A DNA stretch of 64,000 nucleotides from Nitrospirota bacterium (GTDB lineage: Bacteria > Nitrospirota > UBA9217): the NCBI GenBank assembly GCA_035623825.1, contig DASPSR010000019.1, positions 1-64,000 on the forward strand, in the 5' to 3' direction. Position numbers and translations under genes: made by a program. A model generated the notes under the pieces. The model did no database searches and was not told the origin of the DNA. It worked only from the letters and a program-made list of their open reading frames with translations. Position 1 is the stretch's first letter; each line of letters begins with the position of its first letter. Shown in pieces: positions 10,031 to 19,326 of this stretch.

Positions 10031-11833
10031 ATGTCAAAGCGGGGCAAGACAAGCGATCCAAAGAAACCGACTGCAACGGGTAAAGAACGGGACTATGTAC
10101 CCTACGAAGAGACGGGCGATACGATCCCCCACGAAGAAATTTCCACGGAACAGCTCGACAGCATTATTTCCCTGTTCAGCGACGGTGAAATCGACATCGA
10201 CATTGCAGACTCCCAACATGACGGCAAAGTGCGCCAGCCAGCCGACGAGGACGTAGAAGAAGGTGTCGAGCCCGAGGAGGCGGCCCTCGATGAAGTAGCG
10301 GAGGAAGAGGCCGAAGAAGAGGAGATAGAGGTCGGTGTCGGCAAGACCGACGATCCTGTCCGACTTTACCTCAAGGAAATGGGCACGGTGCCGCTCCTTT
10401 CAAAAGAGGGCGAGGTGGCGATCGCGAAACGCATCGAGGACGGCAAACGGGAAGCCGCCCAGATCCTCTACAGCCTGCCGTTCTCCCTCCAGGACGTGCA
10501 TGACCTGGGCGATAAGCTTCGGAAGGGCAAAATCAGCATACATGAAGTGGTTCATGCCGGTGACGACGATTTCGATGATATCCAGAGCCAAAACGAGGAA
10601 GAGCTGCATGCACGGGTGCTCAAGCTTATCAGCGAGATCGACCGATACAGCAGAGAACTCAATACTCTCACAAACCATGTGAACAGCAATCGTGTCAGCG
10701 AGGCCCGCAAAAAAGCGCTCCGAGAGAAGTCCCAGATGACGCGATACGCTCTCTTCGATAAGCTCGAGGCGCTCAACATCCACTGCCGACAGACGGACCG
10801 CTTGGTCATGAAACTGCGTGAAATGGTGAGCGAGGTGCTTCTATCCGAGCGCGAGATCCATGGGCTCGAAAGGAAGTCGGGCTTGGCTATTGCCGACCTC
10901 AAGGATGTCTTCAAAAAGATGCGTCAAGGAGAGCGTGAGCTCAAGAACGCTGCGAGAAGACTTGAGATGAAGCAGGAATCACTTCTCGGGATCGAGAAGG
11001 TTTATCGGAATGCGGTCAAAAGGATCAGGAATATTGAGGCGGACTGCGGGGTTCCCGCAGAGGATCTGAAGAAGGGGCTCAGGGCCTATGAGCGAGCCGA
11101 GGAACGAGCCAAATATGCTAAGAGCGAACTTGTAGAGGCGAACCTTCGTCTCGTGGTTTCGATCGCCAAGAAGTACACCAACCGGGGACTCCAGTTCCTG
11201 GATCTGATTCAGGAAGGGAACATAGGCCTCATGAAGGCAGTGGACAAGTTCGAGTGGCAGCGCGGGTATAAGTTCAGCACCTATGCCACCTGGTGGATCA
11301 GGCAGGCGATCACAAGGGCGATTGCCGATCAGGCACGAACAATCCGAATCCCCGTTCACATGATCGAGACCATGAACAAGCTTATCCGTACATCGCGCGG
11401 GCTCGTCCAGGACCTCGGCAGGGAGCCGACCACCGAGGAGATCGCCGCGTCCATGAAGCTGCCGGTGGAGAAGGTCCGCAAAATCATGAAGATCGCAAAA
11501 GAGCCGATATCACTCGAGACTCCTATCGGCGAGGAAGAAGACAGTCACTTGGGCGATTTCATCGAGGATAAGAAGGTAGCATCACCGCTGGAATCGGCGA
11601 TACGGAAGAACCTGCATAATCAGGTCCGGAAAGTGCTGAACACGCTGACCGAGAGAGAGGAAAAGGTGCTCCGCTGGCGGTTCGGGATCGGCGAACAGAC
11701 GGACCACACGCTTGAAGAGGTGGGGCAGGAATTCGATGTGACGCGAGAGCGTATCCGCCAGATCGAGGCCAAGGCCCTCCGAAAACTGCGCCACCCAAGC
11801 AGGAGCAAGCAGTTGAAGAGCTTTATGGAATAA
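10031..11833 (+). CDS. rpoD: Primary RNA polymerase sigma70 factor
   Basis: [11 protein letters not shown] (region 1.2), [44 protein letters not shown] and [18 protein letters not shown]. Confidence 0.99.
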   Translation: MSKRGKTSDPKKPTATGKERDYVPYEETGDTIPHEEISTEQLDSIISLFSDGEIDIDIADSQHDGKVRQPADEDVEEGVEPEEAALDEVAEEEAEEEEIEVGVGKTDDPVRLYLKEMGTVPLLSKEGEVAIAKRIEDGKREAAQILYSLPFSLQDVHDLGDKLRKGKISIHEVVHAGDDDFDDIQSQNEEELHARVLKLISEIDRYSRELNTLTNHVNSNRVSEARKKALREKSQMTRYALFDKLEALNIHCRQTDRLVMKLREMVSEVLLSEREIHGLERKSGLAIADLKDVFKKMRQGERELKNAARRLEMKQESLLGIEKVYRNAVKRIRNIEADCGVPAEDLKKGLRAYERAEERAKYAKSELVEANLRLVVSIAKKYTNRGLQFLDLIQEGNIGLMKAVDKFEWQRGYKFSTYATWWIRQAITRAIADQARTIRIPVHMIETMNKLIRTSRGLVQDLGREPTTEEIAASMKLPVEKVRKIMKIAKEPISLETPIGEEEDSHLGDFIEDKKVASPLESAIRKNLHNQVRKVLNTLTEREEKVLRWRFGIGEQTDHTLEEVGQEFDVTRERIRQIEAKALRKLRHPSRSKQLKSFME

Positions 11834-11906
11834 AGAAGGTCTGGCCGCGGAGCCGCAAGGCTTGACATTTACCAGGGGTTATGACAATATAATCAGCTGT
11901 TGCGGG

Positions 11907-12000
11907 ACAAATCTCAAACCACATGACAGATCCCGGACAAATTTCAGTTACCCATATTCAAATTTGAATTTAGTCATGTAGGTTCCTGAAAATTGCATCT
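11907..12000 (+). repeat. Degenerate CAAAT-type heptamer array with a complementary T-rich arm
   Basis: CAAATCT CAAACCA .. CAGATCC .. CAAATTT CAGTTAC CCATATT CAAA, then TTTGAATTTAGTCAT. Confidence 0.45.
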
Positions 12001-12005
12001 TAGAA

Positions 12006-12081
12006 GGGCCCATAGCTCAGCTGGTAGAGCTACCGGCTCATAACCGGTTGGTCCCAGGTTCGAGTCCTGGTGGGCCCACCA
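12006..12081 (+). tRNA. tRNA-Ile2 (CAU anticodon, lysidine-modified); elongator Met less likely
   Basis: Cloverleaf with GGGCCCA/TGGGCCC acceptor stem, ACCGG-CTCATAA-CCGGT anticodon arm, GTTCGAGTC T-loop and encoded CCA. C4:G69/C5:G68 and the position after rpoD fit Ile2. Confidence 0.9.
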
Positions 12082-12171
12082 ACTATTTTGTTGAAGGGAA
12101 AACCGCAGATGGCGTGGATTCTGAATGTGCGAAATGACAATGCTGACTACAGTCAGAACGAAGACAAGAAT

Positions 12172-12206
12172 AAATAAGAATGCGCCGCAAGGCGCATTCT
12201 TATTTT
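12172..12206 (+). terminator. Perfect 15-bp hairpin/terminator after the tRNA
   Basis: AAATAAGAATGCGCC-GCAA-GGCGCATTCTTATTT. Confidence 0.8.
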
Positions 12207-12215
12207 GGAGGCAGC

Positions 12216-12941
12216 ATGGAAGAACGGCTAAGCTTGCTCATACAGCTTCAGGAAATAGATTCGAAACTACGATCTCTCGCTGAACGGAAAAACCAGCTTC
12301 CTGAGACACTGGCATCGCTTGAACGACGGCGCGCAGAGAGCAAGGCGGAACTCGATAAGACCAAAGAGGCACTCCAGACGGCACAGAAGGACAGGCGGGA
12401 TCGAGACAAAGACCTCGAGGCTGGCGCACAAAAGGTCGAAAAACTCAGGGCACGCACCTCTGAGATCAAGACAAACAAGGAGTACCAGGCGCTGCTTAAG
12501 GAGATCGAAACAGCCGAGCAGGGAAATAAAGCGGTCGAGGACGAGATCCTCGTGCTCATGGAGAAGATCGACGCGGCAACAGCATCTATTACGGCGGCAG
12601 AGAAAAAGGCCCGTGACGACGAGGAAACAATCATGGCCGAGCAGAAAGCGCATGAAGCCGCCTTCGTGAAACTCAAAGAGGAGTTAGAGGAAGCAGAGCA
12701 CCAGAGGCAGGAGACGGCGCTGCGCATCGAACCTTTGGTCCTCGCACAGTACCAAAAGCTCATTGCATCCAAGGCGGGCATCGCCATAGCGGAGGCGCGG
12801 GGCGAGTCCTGTTCAGGGTGCTATATGAGCATCCCGCCCCAGGTTTTTGTCAACGTCAAGAAAAACAACAGTATCATCACCTGTCCGCATTGTGGCCGCA
12901 TTTTGTATTATAAGGAAGCAATCGTACAGAAAAGCTCATGA
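12216..12941 (+). CDS. Coiled-coil protein with C-terminal C4 zinc ribbon (DUF164/CT398-like)
   Basis: LIQLQEID start, long coiled coil with NKEYQALLKEI, and CSGC...CPHCGRILY; GGAGG RBS. Confidence 0.92.
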   Translation: MEERLSLLIQLQEIDSKLRSLAERKNQLPETLASLERRRAESKAELDKTKEALQTAQKDRRDRDKDLEAGAQKVEKLRARTSEIKTNKEYQALLKEIETAEQGNKAVEDEILVLMEKIDAATASITAAEKKARDDEETIMAEQKAHEAAFVKLKEELEEAEHQRQETALRIEPLVLAQYQKLIASKAGIAIAEARGESCSGCYMSIPPQVFVNVKKNNSIITCPHCGRILYYKEAIVQKSS

Positions 12942-12947
12942 ACATGA

Positions 12948-13030
12948 TTAACGCAAATTGACGGATATCACGGACCAAGAGCAAAATTTTAGTTGATGCC
13001 TTCGAATGGTTCGTGCTTTCATGCTGAATC
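12948..13030 (+). repeat. Degenerate 8-9 nt tandem units with a complementary arm
   Basis: CGCAAATT GACGGATAT CACGGA ... TTCGAATGG TTCGTGCT TTCATGCT. Confidence 0.45.
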
Positions 13031-13049
13031 TTTTCGGGTAAACATTATC

Positions 13050-13454
13050 GTGGAACTGACTATCTACACCGACGGAGCATCACGGAATAACCCCGGCGAG
13101 GCTGGCGCGGGCGTCTTAATCACCAAGGATGGCATGCCAATCGAGAAGATAGCCCGCTATCTGGGAATAACTACGAACAATGTTGCCGAATATACCGCCG
13201 CGATTATCGGCCTGGAACATGCCGTTAAGCTGCGAGCTTCAAGAGTCATGCTCTGTGCGGATTCCGAACTCCTCGTGAAACAGCTAAACGGTCAGTATAA
13301 GGTAAAGAACGAGGGCTTGAAGCCACTATATGCAAAGGTCAAAGAACTTATTGCGAAGATGGGATCTGTTGAGGTACAATACATACCGAGGGCAATGAAC
13401 AAGGAAGCAGACGCTTTAGCGAACAAGGCGATTGACGAAAAAATTAAGTCCTGA
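13050..13454 (+). CDS. rnhA: Ribonuclease HI family protein
   Basis: YTDGASRNNPG, TNNVAEY, DSELLVKQ and NKEADALAN carry the D-E-D-D catalytic set; GTG start at 13050. Confidence 0.92.
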   Translation: MELTIYTDGASRNNPGEAGAGVLITKDGMPIEKIARYLGITTNNVAEYTAAIIGLEHAVKLRASRVMLCADSELLVKQLNGQYKVKNEGLKPLYAKVKELIAKMGSVEVQYIPRAMNKEADALANKAIDEKIKS

Positions 13455-13456
13455 GA

Positions 13457-13530
13457 CCAAATGTTAAATAAATTCAAATTTCGAATAGCAGCGTCTTATG
13501 GAGTCAGGTCATAGAATTTTGCATTTGCAG
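13457..13530 (+). repeat. Degenerate CAAAT-type heptamer array with a complementary arm
   Basis: CAAATGT TAAA TAAATT CAAATTT CGAATAG ... GTCATAGAATTTTGCATTTG. Confidence 0.45.
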
Positions 13531-13531
13531 C

Positions 13532-13910
13532 AATCAGAGCGGGTGAGGTGATTGCTCCCCGGCAACGGGGGGAGGAAAGTCCGAGCTCCGCAGGGCAAGG
13601 CGGTCCCGAAAGGGGACAGGGGGCGACCCCATGGATAGTACCACAGAAAAGAAGACCGCCCCAAACAGGGGTAAGGGTGAAACGGTGGGGTAAGAGCCCA
13701 CCAGATCTACGGGTGACCGGAGATACTTGGCAAACCCCGCCTGGAGCAAGACCGCATAGGGAAGCATCTCCCGAGCAATCAGGAGTAAGGACTGCCCGTC
13801 CGAGACTTCCGGGTAGGTCGCTCGTGCTCTTGAGCAATCAAGGGCTCAGATAAATGATCACCGCCCTGGGTGACCAGGGCACAGAACTCGGCTTACGGCC
13901 CGCTCTGATT
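13532..13910 (+). ncRNA. rnpB: RNase P RNA, bacterial type A
   Basis: Conserved GAGGAAAGTCC, AGGGTGAAACGG..GGTAAGAG, GGCAAACCC..GGAGCAAG and ACAGAACTCGGCTTA; terminal pairing AATCAGAGCGGG/CCCGCTCTGATT. Confidence 0.97.
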
Positions 13911-13963
13911 TTTTATTGCTTCATCCCGATACGGTTTCGCAAGTCCTATCGCCGGAGGTTCCC

Positions 13964-14626
13964 GTGGGCGACAGTTCACATAAGTCGGCAACCTTTGCTA
14001 TCCGGCCTTTCGAAAAACTCAAGAAAAAGATAGAACGCGCAGCGATTGTGCCGCCTCCCAAACCGTCCCCGCCGAAGAAAAAAGAGGAGATTACCGAAGA
14101 CGAGCTGTTCAGCAATGCCATGCGCGGCGTTCAGGTGATTGAAGAATACCGTGGCCTTGCATGCGCTCAGCGGGCTCGCAAGGGGTTTGATAGGGCTCCC
14201 GCATGCGATCCCGACGGTGATGTACTTGCAGTACTTGATGAAATAGCCCAAGGACAACGGCCAATGCACCTTCCAGACACGCAAGAATATGTCGAATGGG
14301 CGAATCCCGCGTTCCGCGATGATATCCTCCAGAGGATGCATGAGGGACATTTCTCGGTTCAGGCATTTCTCGACCTTCACGGTTGCTCAGTCCCGGAGGC
14401 GGAAGTGGAGGTTGCCGATTTCCTCCGTGATGCCTTTCAAAAAGGCCTCCGGTGTGTAAAAATCATCCACGGCAGGGGGCTTCGCTCCGCACGAGGGGCG
14501 CGGATCAAAGAGGCGATCGTCAAGCGGCTTTCAGGACATTACCGAAAGGATATCATCGCCTATGTGACCGCTCGGCAGTGCGACGGCGGCCTCGGTGCTC
14601 TCTACGTGCTATTGAGGAGAAAATAA
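13964..14626 (+). CDS. Stand-alone Smr domain endonuclease (SmrA-like)
   Basis: ELFSNAMRGV N-terminal motif, LDLHG, IIHGRG and DGGLGALYVLL; GGAGG RBS before GTG 13964. Confidence 0.9.
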   Translation: MGDSSHKSATFAIRPFEKLKKKIERAAIVPPPKPSPPKKKEEITEDELFSNAMRGVQVIEEYRGLACAQRARKGFDRAPACDPDGDVLAVLDEIAQGQRPMHLPDTQEYVEWANPAFRDDILQRMHEGHFSVQAFLDLHGCSVPEAEVEVADFLRDAFQKGLRCVKIIHGRGLRSARGARIKEAIVKRLSGHYRKDIIAYVTARQCDGGLGALYVLLRRK

Positions 14627-14658
14627 TCCATTCTTCCTTGGAGCAGCGCTATCACCTC

Positions 14659-15522
14659 ATGGAAAAGAAAAAGCAACCCTGCACCCGCGATGCCCATACA
14701 AGACACCTTCTCAGCGCCGCGCAGGTCCGTGCATTCCGGGAAAAGATTTACGCCCACTATAAGAGGCACGGCAGGCGCCTCCCCTGGCGAATAACGCAGA
14801 ACCCCTACCGAATCCTTGTGTCAGAGATCATGTTGCAGCAGACCCAGGTGGAGAGAGTGCTTGAGAAATACACCGAGTTTATCAAGACGTTTCCGGATTT
14901 CCCCTCCCTCGCCGGCGCGCCACTCCATAAGCTTCTCGGTGTTTGGCAGGGCTTGGGGTACAATCGCCGGGCCCTCGCGCTTAGAGCCCTAGCGCAGATC
15001 ATCATGAAGGAACACGGTGCAAGGCTGCCATCTGCCCCTGAGGAGCTCATCAGTCTGCCAGGCATTGGCAGATATACTGCTGGCGCTATTGCCGCATTTG
15101 CATTTCAGCAACCTGCCGTATTCGTGGACACAAATATCCGAAGGGTGTTCATTTACGAGTTTTTTCACGACCGGGAAAACATCGCGGATACGGAGATCCT
15201 GCCGTTTGTGGAGCAGACTCTTGACAGGGCCGACCCCCGATCATGGTACAATGCTCTTATGGATTACGGGGCCGTGCTCAAAAAAGAGCAAGTGAACCCC
15301 AACCGGAAGAGTGCTCACTATATACGCCAGAGCCCCTTTGAGAATTCGAACCGGCAGGTTCGCGGGAAGATTCTGAAAGTGCTCGTGGCGGAATCACCTC
15401 TTACCCGGGTCCAGATCGTAAGGAGAACAGGCATGGACCCTGAACAGGTGACGAAAAATCTTTTACGGCTTGAGGAAGAGGGCTTTATAAGAAAGAAAGG
15501 CAATTCGCATTCTATATGCTAA
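14659..15522 (+). CDS. MutY-like HhH-GPD adenine glycosylase lacking the Fe-S cluster, with a C-terminal winged-helix-like tail
   Basis: LPWR..PYRILVSEIMLQQT, WQGLGY, HhH LPGIGRYTA, VDTNIRR and ALMDYG. No Cys cluster follows ALMDYG. Confidence 0.88.
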   Translation: MEKKKQPCTRDAHTRHLLSAAQVRAFREKIYAHYKRHGRRLPWRITQNPYRILVSEIMLQQTQVERVLEKYTEFIKTFPDFPSLAGAPLHKLLGVWQGLGYNRRALALRALAQIIMKEHGARLPSAPEELISLPGIGRYTAGAIAAFAFQQPAVFVDTNIRRVFIYEFFHDRENIADTEILPFVEQTLDRADPRSWYNALMDYGAVLKKEQVNPNRKSAHYIRQSPFENSNRQVRGKILKVLVAESPLTRVQIVRRTGMDPEQVTKNLLRLEEEGFIRKKGNSHSIC

Positions 15523-15532
15523 GAAAGTAATA

Positions 15533-15595
15533 AGCACGAAGACGCAGATGCTCTCTCAGTCCCTCCTGATCTGGAATCCTCGGCCTTCGGGTTTG
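15533..15595 (+). repeat. Degenerate 8-nt tandem units with a complementary arm
   Basis: CACGAAGA CGCAGAT ... CCTCGGC CTTCGGGT. Confidence 0.35.
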
Positions 15596-15628
15596 GAATA
15601 ATGATGTAACATACTCATTAGTAAATCC

Positions 15629-16570
15629 ATGAGTACAGGCCCAGACTACATACAGTTCTACCCCACACTCCGATGCAACCGGTCGTGCGATTTCTGCTTC
15701 AACAGGGCCATGCCTTTTACATCGGATATGTCACTCCATCAGTGCAAGACAATGCTCGATGTTCTCCAGCGCGTATCAGTAAGGAATCTTGACATCATCG
15801 GGGGCGAGCCGACGATGCATCCTGACATCAGCTCATTCGTCGGGGAAGCAGCGCTGCGAGGTTTTTCCATTAACATCAGCTCGAACGGATCGAACCTTCA
15901 AGTGCTTCGGGAAATCTTGCGGATCCGGGAGGCCGTGACAGCCGGCATTTCAGTGAATGACCGGGCAACGCTCGATGTTGTCCGCGAATTCATTGCGACA
16001 CAGCAACCTATCGTGAAGACTGTCTATCGCCCGGACATAGACATCAGCCTGGTCGAGACCATTCTCTCGCTCGGGCCGCGACGGTACTATCTTCTCTACC
16101 GTGACGCAACGGACCGCAAAGGCCTGATGGAAACGCTGCCCTTCCATGAGTTCATGGAAATAGTGCAGAAAAAGTTCAGATTACCCCTGGTCGGAACGGT
16201 CTCGTGCTCAGGATTCATACCAGATCTCGATCAATATCCTCATCTCTCAACAGCCAGGTGTCCCGCAGGTACGACAAAACTCGGTGTATTGCCCGATGGA
16301 TCGGTATATCCCTGCAACTTGTTTTTCGGGCGCGATGATTTCGTGCTCGGAAATATTCTGACTGATCCCTTCGAAACCATATGGAACCATCGGACCCTCG
16401 ATTTTTTCCGGACCTTTGTCGGTAACACCTGTCCCAAGATCGCTTGCTCTCTTCATACAGCCTGTCGGGGTGGCTGCCCCGCCCACAGCCTTATCCATAC
16501 CGGTGACTTATCCGCGCCTGATCCGCGATGTGCAGGCCTCCATTCTCGAAAGCGCGGAAATCTGATATAA
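15629..16570 (+). CDS. Radical SAM protein with SPASM domain
   Basis: CNRSCDFC (CxxxCxxC), GGEP and SNG; 7-Cys SPASM pattern C-x12-G-x4-C ... C-x4-C-x5-C-x3-C ... DPRC. Confidence 0.93.
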   Translation: MSTGPDYIQFYPTLRCNRSCDFCFNRAMPFTSDMSLHQCKTMLDVLQRVSVRNLDIIGGEPTMHPDISSFVGEAALRGFSINISSNGSNLQVLREILRIREAVTAGISVNDRATLDVVREFIATQQPIVKTVYRPDIDISLVETILSLGPRRYYLLYRDATDRKGLMETLPFHEFMEIVQKKFRLPLVGTVSCSGFIPDLDQYPHLSTARCPAGTTKLGVLPDGSVYPCNLFFGRDDFVLGNILTDPFETIWNHRTLDFFRTFVGNTCPKIACSLHTACRGGCPAHSLIHTGDLSAPDPRCAGLHSRKRGNLI

Positions 16571-16601
16571 TAGAACGAATTACAATGCGAGGAGGGCGTC
16601 T

Positions 16602-16877
16602 ATGGTTACCGCGCTGGTCCTATTGACGGTTGAGAGGAATAAGGTGAATGCGGTTGCAGAAACGCTTGCGGACATGGATGGGATCTCGGAGGTGTATTCT
16701 GTCGCTGGGAGGTACGATCTAGCGGTAATCATACGGGTAAAGGATAACGAGCAAATGGCTGAACTGGTGACGAACCACATGCTCAAGGTGGAAGGGATCA
16801 TAACATCAGAAACGCTTATCGCTTTCCGCGTACATTCCCGTCACGACCTAGAAGGAATGTTTTCCATAGGGTTGTAA
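16602..16877 (+). CDS. Stand-alone Lrp/AsnC ligand-binding (RAM) domain protein without HTH
   Basis: EVYSVAGRYDL and VEGIITSETLIAF; 91 aa; GAGGAGG RBS. Confidence 0.88.
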   Translation: MVTALVLLTVERNKVNAVAETLADMDGISEVYSVAGRYDLAVIIRVKDNEQMAELVTNHMLKVEGIITSETLIAFRVHSRHDLEGMFSIGL

Positions 16878-16996
16878 TTATTTTGAGTATCGATTTCCCA
16901 GGCTCAAAATCTCATTGAGAAATCCGGTAAAATTGTTTACAATAAATAGCTTTTTTGCCGCGTCAACGCCGTTATCCTTTTTATCCAGGAGGGTGT

Positions 16997-18349
16997 ATGA
17001 AAGAGACAAAGATTATTCTTTCCGACAAAGAAATTCCAACGAAGTGGTATAACATCATGGCCGACATGCCGAACAAGCCAAAGCCCCCCCTGCATCCGGC
17101 AACTAAGCAGCCTGTCGGTCCGCAGGACCTTTCGCCGATTTTCCCCATGGCCCTCATTGAACAAGAAGTGAGTCAGGAACGCTGGATCTATATCCCAGAA
17201 GAGGTCCTCGACATCTACTCGCTCTGGAGGCCGTCACCGATGTACCGCGCACACCGGCTCGAGGCGGCACTCAAGACACCGGCAAAGATTTATTACAAGT
17301 ACGAAGGCGTGAGCCCAGCGGGAAGCCACAAGCCGAACACCTCCATTCCCCAGGCATTCTACAATAAGAAGGCAGGGATAAAACGTATTGCAACAGAGAC
17401 CGGGGCAGGCCAATGGGGATCTGCCATGTCCCTTGCAGGCAAGCTCTTCGGCCTCGATGTAACGGTATATATGGTGAAGGTGAGCTTCGGCCAGAAGCCC
17501 TATCGGAGGGTTGCAATGGAGACTTGGGGCGCCACGGTCTACGCGAGCCCGTCGAAAGAGACCAATTCCGGACGCAAGATACTCGAGATGGACCCGAACA
17601 GTCCCGGCAGCCTCGGCATCGCCATTTCCGAGGCGGTGGAGGACGCGGCCACGCACAGTGACACGAACTATGCCCTCGGCTCAGTCCTGAACCACGTCTG
17701 TCTGCACCAGACCGTGATCGGGCTCGAGGCCAAGAAGCAGTTCGAGCTGGTCGGCGATTACCCGGATATCATCATTGGCTGCTGTGGCGGAGGAAGCAAC
17801 CTCGCCGGTGTAAGCTTCCCGTTCCTGCACGACAAGATAAACGGCAAGAACCTGCGCGTTATAGCGGTCGAGCCGGCATCCTGTCCCACTCTCACCAAGG
17901 GGGAGTTTCGATACGACTTTGGAGACGTCGCCGGGCTCACACCTTATCTCACCATGTACACGCTCGGGCACGACTTCATGCCGCCAGGCATTCACGCGGG
18001 GGGGCTCCGGTATCACGGCGATTCGCCGCTCGTTTCCCAGCTCTATCATGACAGACTCATCGAGGCCAGGGCCTACAACCAGATCCCTGTGTTCGATGCG
18101 GCGTTGCAGTTTGCCAACACGGAAGCGATCATCCCTGCGCCTGAGAGCGCTCACGCGATCCGAGCGGCCATCGATGAGGCGCTGCTCTGCAAGCAGGAGG
18201 GCAAGCAAAAGACCATCTTGTTCAACTTGAGCGGCCACGGGTACCTCGATCTCCAGGCCTACGCCGATTTTCATGATGGCAAGCTCCAAGACTATGAGTA
18301 TCCGGCTGAAAAGATCAAGGAGGCGCTCGCAAAACTGCCGAAGATGTAA
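16997..18349 (+). CDS. trpB2: Tryptophan synthase beta-like TrpB2 (PLP enzyme)
   Basis: IPTKWYNI N-terminal extension, GSHKPN (PLP lysine), [28 protein letters not shown] and NLSGHG; no trpA nearby. Confidence 0.95.
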   Translation: MKETKIILSDKEIPTKWYNIMADMPNKPKPPLHPATKQPVGPQDLSPIFPMALIEQEVSQERWIYIPEEVLDIYSLWRPSPMYRAHRLEAALKTPAKIYYKYEGVSPAGSHKPNTSIPQAFYNKKAGIKRIATETGAGQWGSAMSLAGKLFGLDVTVYMVKVSFGQKPYRRVAMETWGATVYASPSKETNSGRKILEMDPNSPGSLGIAISEAVEDAATHSDTNYALGSVLNHVCLHQTVIGLEAKKQFELVGDYPDIIIGCCGGGSNLAGVSFPFLHDKINGKNLRVIAVEPASCPTLTKGEFRYDFGDVAGLTPYLTMYTLGHDFMPPGIHAGGLRYHGDSPLVSQLYHDRLIEARAYNQIPVFDAALQFANTEAIIPAPESAHAIRAAIDEALLCKQEGKQKTILFNLSGHGYLDLQAYADFHDGKLQDYEYPAEKIKEALAKLPKM

Positions 18350-18358
18350 CGTCGCTTC

Positions 18359-18393
18359 GCTCCCCGTCCGAAAACGGGGAGCACGTTTATTTC
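18359..18393 (+). terminator. Intrinsic terminator after trpB2
   Basis: GCTCCCCGT-CCGAAA-ACGGGGAGC followed by ACGTTTATTT. Confidence 0.65.
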
Positions 18394-18511
18394 ATCCCGG
18401 AATATCCAAGAATGATCTCTGAAAGGCCTACCGCATGAAAACGCTAATACGTATGGTGGGAGGACTGCATCAGGGAGCGGGGTAACCCGGCGGGATCAGG
18501 CGGAAAGATGA

Positions 18512-19201
18512 TTACCGCTCCGCTCTCTTACTCTCATTCAAGCGGTCGAGAGCATTGTGGGCGATAAGGATATGGCCCTCGGTTTCCTTGATAATTCCTT
18601 TTGTCATAAATACTCTCATGCATTTTGACACCGCCTCTCGCGACGATCCTATGCGGGCCGCGAGCTCCTTGTGGGTCAGCTTGCCTACCTTGAAAAAACC
18701 CTTATCACCTACATCGACCGCGGTTGCAGCGTCAAGGAGCGCCCGGACGAGACGCTCGCCAACCTCTAGAAATGCGAGCGACTCGATCATGTCGTCTGCC
18801 TTCCGTAGTCTCTCGACGAGCGTTACCATGAGCTCGACGGCAATTTTCGGATTTTTGTAGAGCAATTCGAAAAATACATCCTTCTTCAGAATCGCCAGCT
18901 CGGAATCCTTGTCTGCGACTATCGTAGCAGACCGCCCCTTGCCGTCGAGGAGGCTTAGTTCTCCGAAAAAAGATCCTTTTTCAAACTGAGCAAGCACGAT
19001 CTCGTCTCCCTCATCATCAGCCAATACGGCCTTCACCCTGCCGGAGTTCACAATGTAGAGGTCGGTGCCCAAGTCCGTCCTGTGGAAGATAACCCCGCCC
19101 TTTTTATATGTGACGATTTTGCATCGTTCCGCTATTTCCTTCAGTTGCGCGTCCTTGAGATGTTTGAAAAGCGGGATGTTCTTTAAATAATCGATAAGCA
19201 T
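18512..19201 (-). CDS. Crp/Fnr family transcriptional regulator, cNMP-binding type
   Basis: Phosphate-binding cassette FGELSLLDGKGRSAT and HTH LTHKELAARIGSSREAVSK; no FNR cysteine cluster. Confidence 0.93.
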   Translation of the reverse strand: MLIDYLKNIPLFKHLKDAQLKEIAERCKIVTYKKGGVIFHRTDLGTDLYIVNSGRVKAVLADDEGDEIVLAQFEKGSFFGELSLLDGKGRSATIVADKDSELAILKKDVFFELLYKNPKIAVELMVTLVERLRKADDMIESLAFLEVGERLVRALLDAATAVDVGDKGFFKVGKLTHKELAARIGSSREAVSKCMRVFMTKGIIKETEGHILIAHNALDRLNESKRAER

Positions 19202-19326
19202 GTGAGAAAAATACCATTATTAATTTTAAAAATCAAACAGTCTGAGCCTTGCACTGCAAAGCAGCGTGTGGTGAATTTCAAACAAAGGCCGTGATTTTTT
19301 CTCGCAGTCAAAGCATCCCGAAGGCT

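Noticed and set aside
12006-12081. Initiator tRNA-fMet assignment for the CAU tRNA
   Set aside because: It has a paired G1:C72 and lacks the three consecutive G:C pairs in the anticodon stem.
14452-14658. N-terminal extensions given by the ORF track (also for argC, rnhA, trpB2, yihY, dapA and the transporter)
   Set aside because: They overlap upstream genes, terminators or repeats; downstream starts match family N-termini and, in most cases, an RBS.
15629-16877. Alternative heme biosynthesis (ahb/nirJ plus nirDL-like) interpretation of the radical SAM + Lrp pair
   Set aside because: The Lrp-like protein is a 91-aa HTH-less RAM domain without the HxYxR motif of AhbA/B, and no other heme genes are adjacent.
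18435-18485. Tiny ORF MKTLIRMVGGLHQGAG as a SPASM precursor peptide
   Set aside because: It lies beyond the trpB2 terminator and has no clear RBS or precursor-like features.
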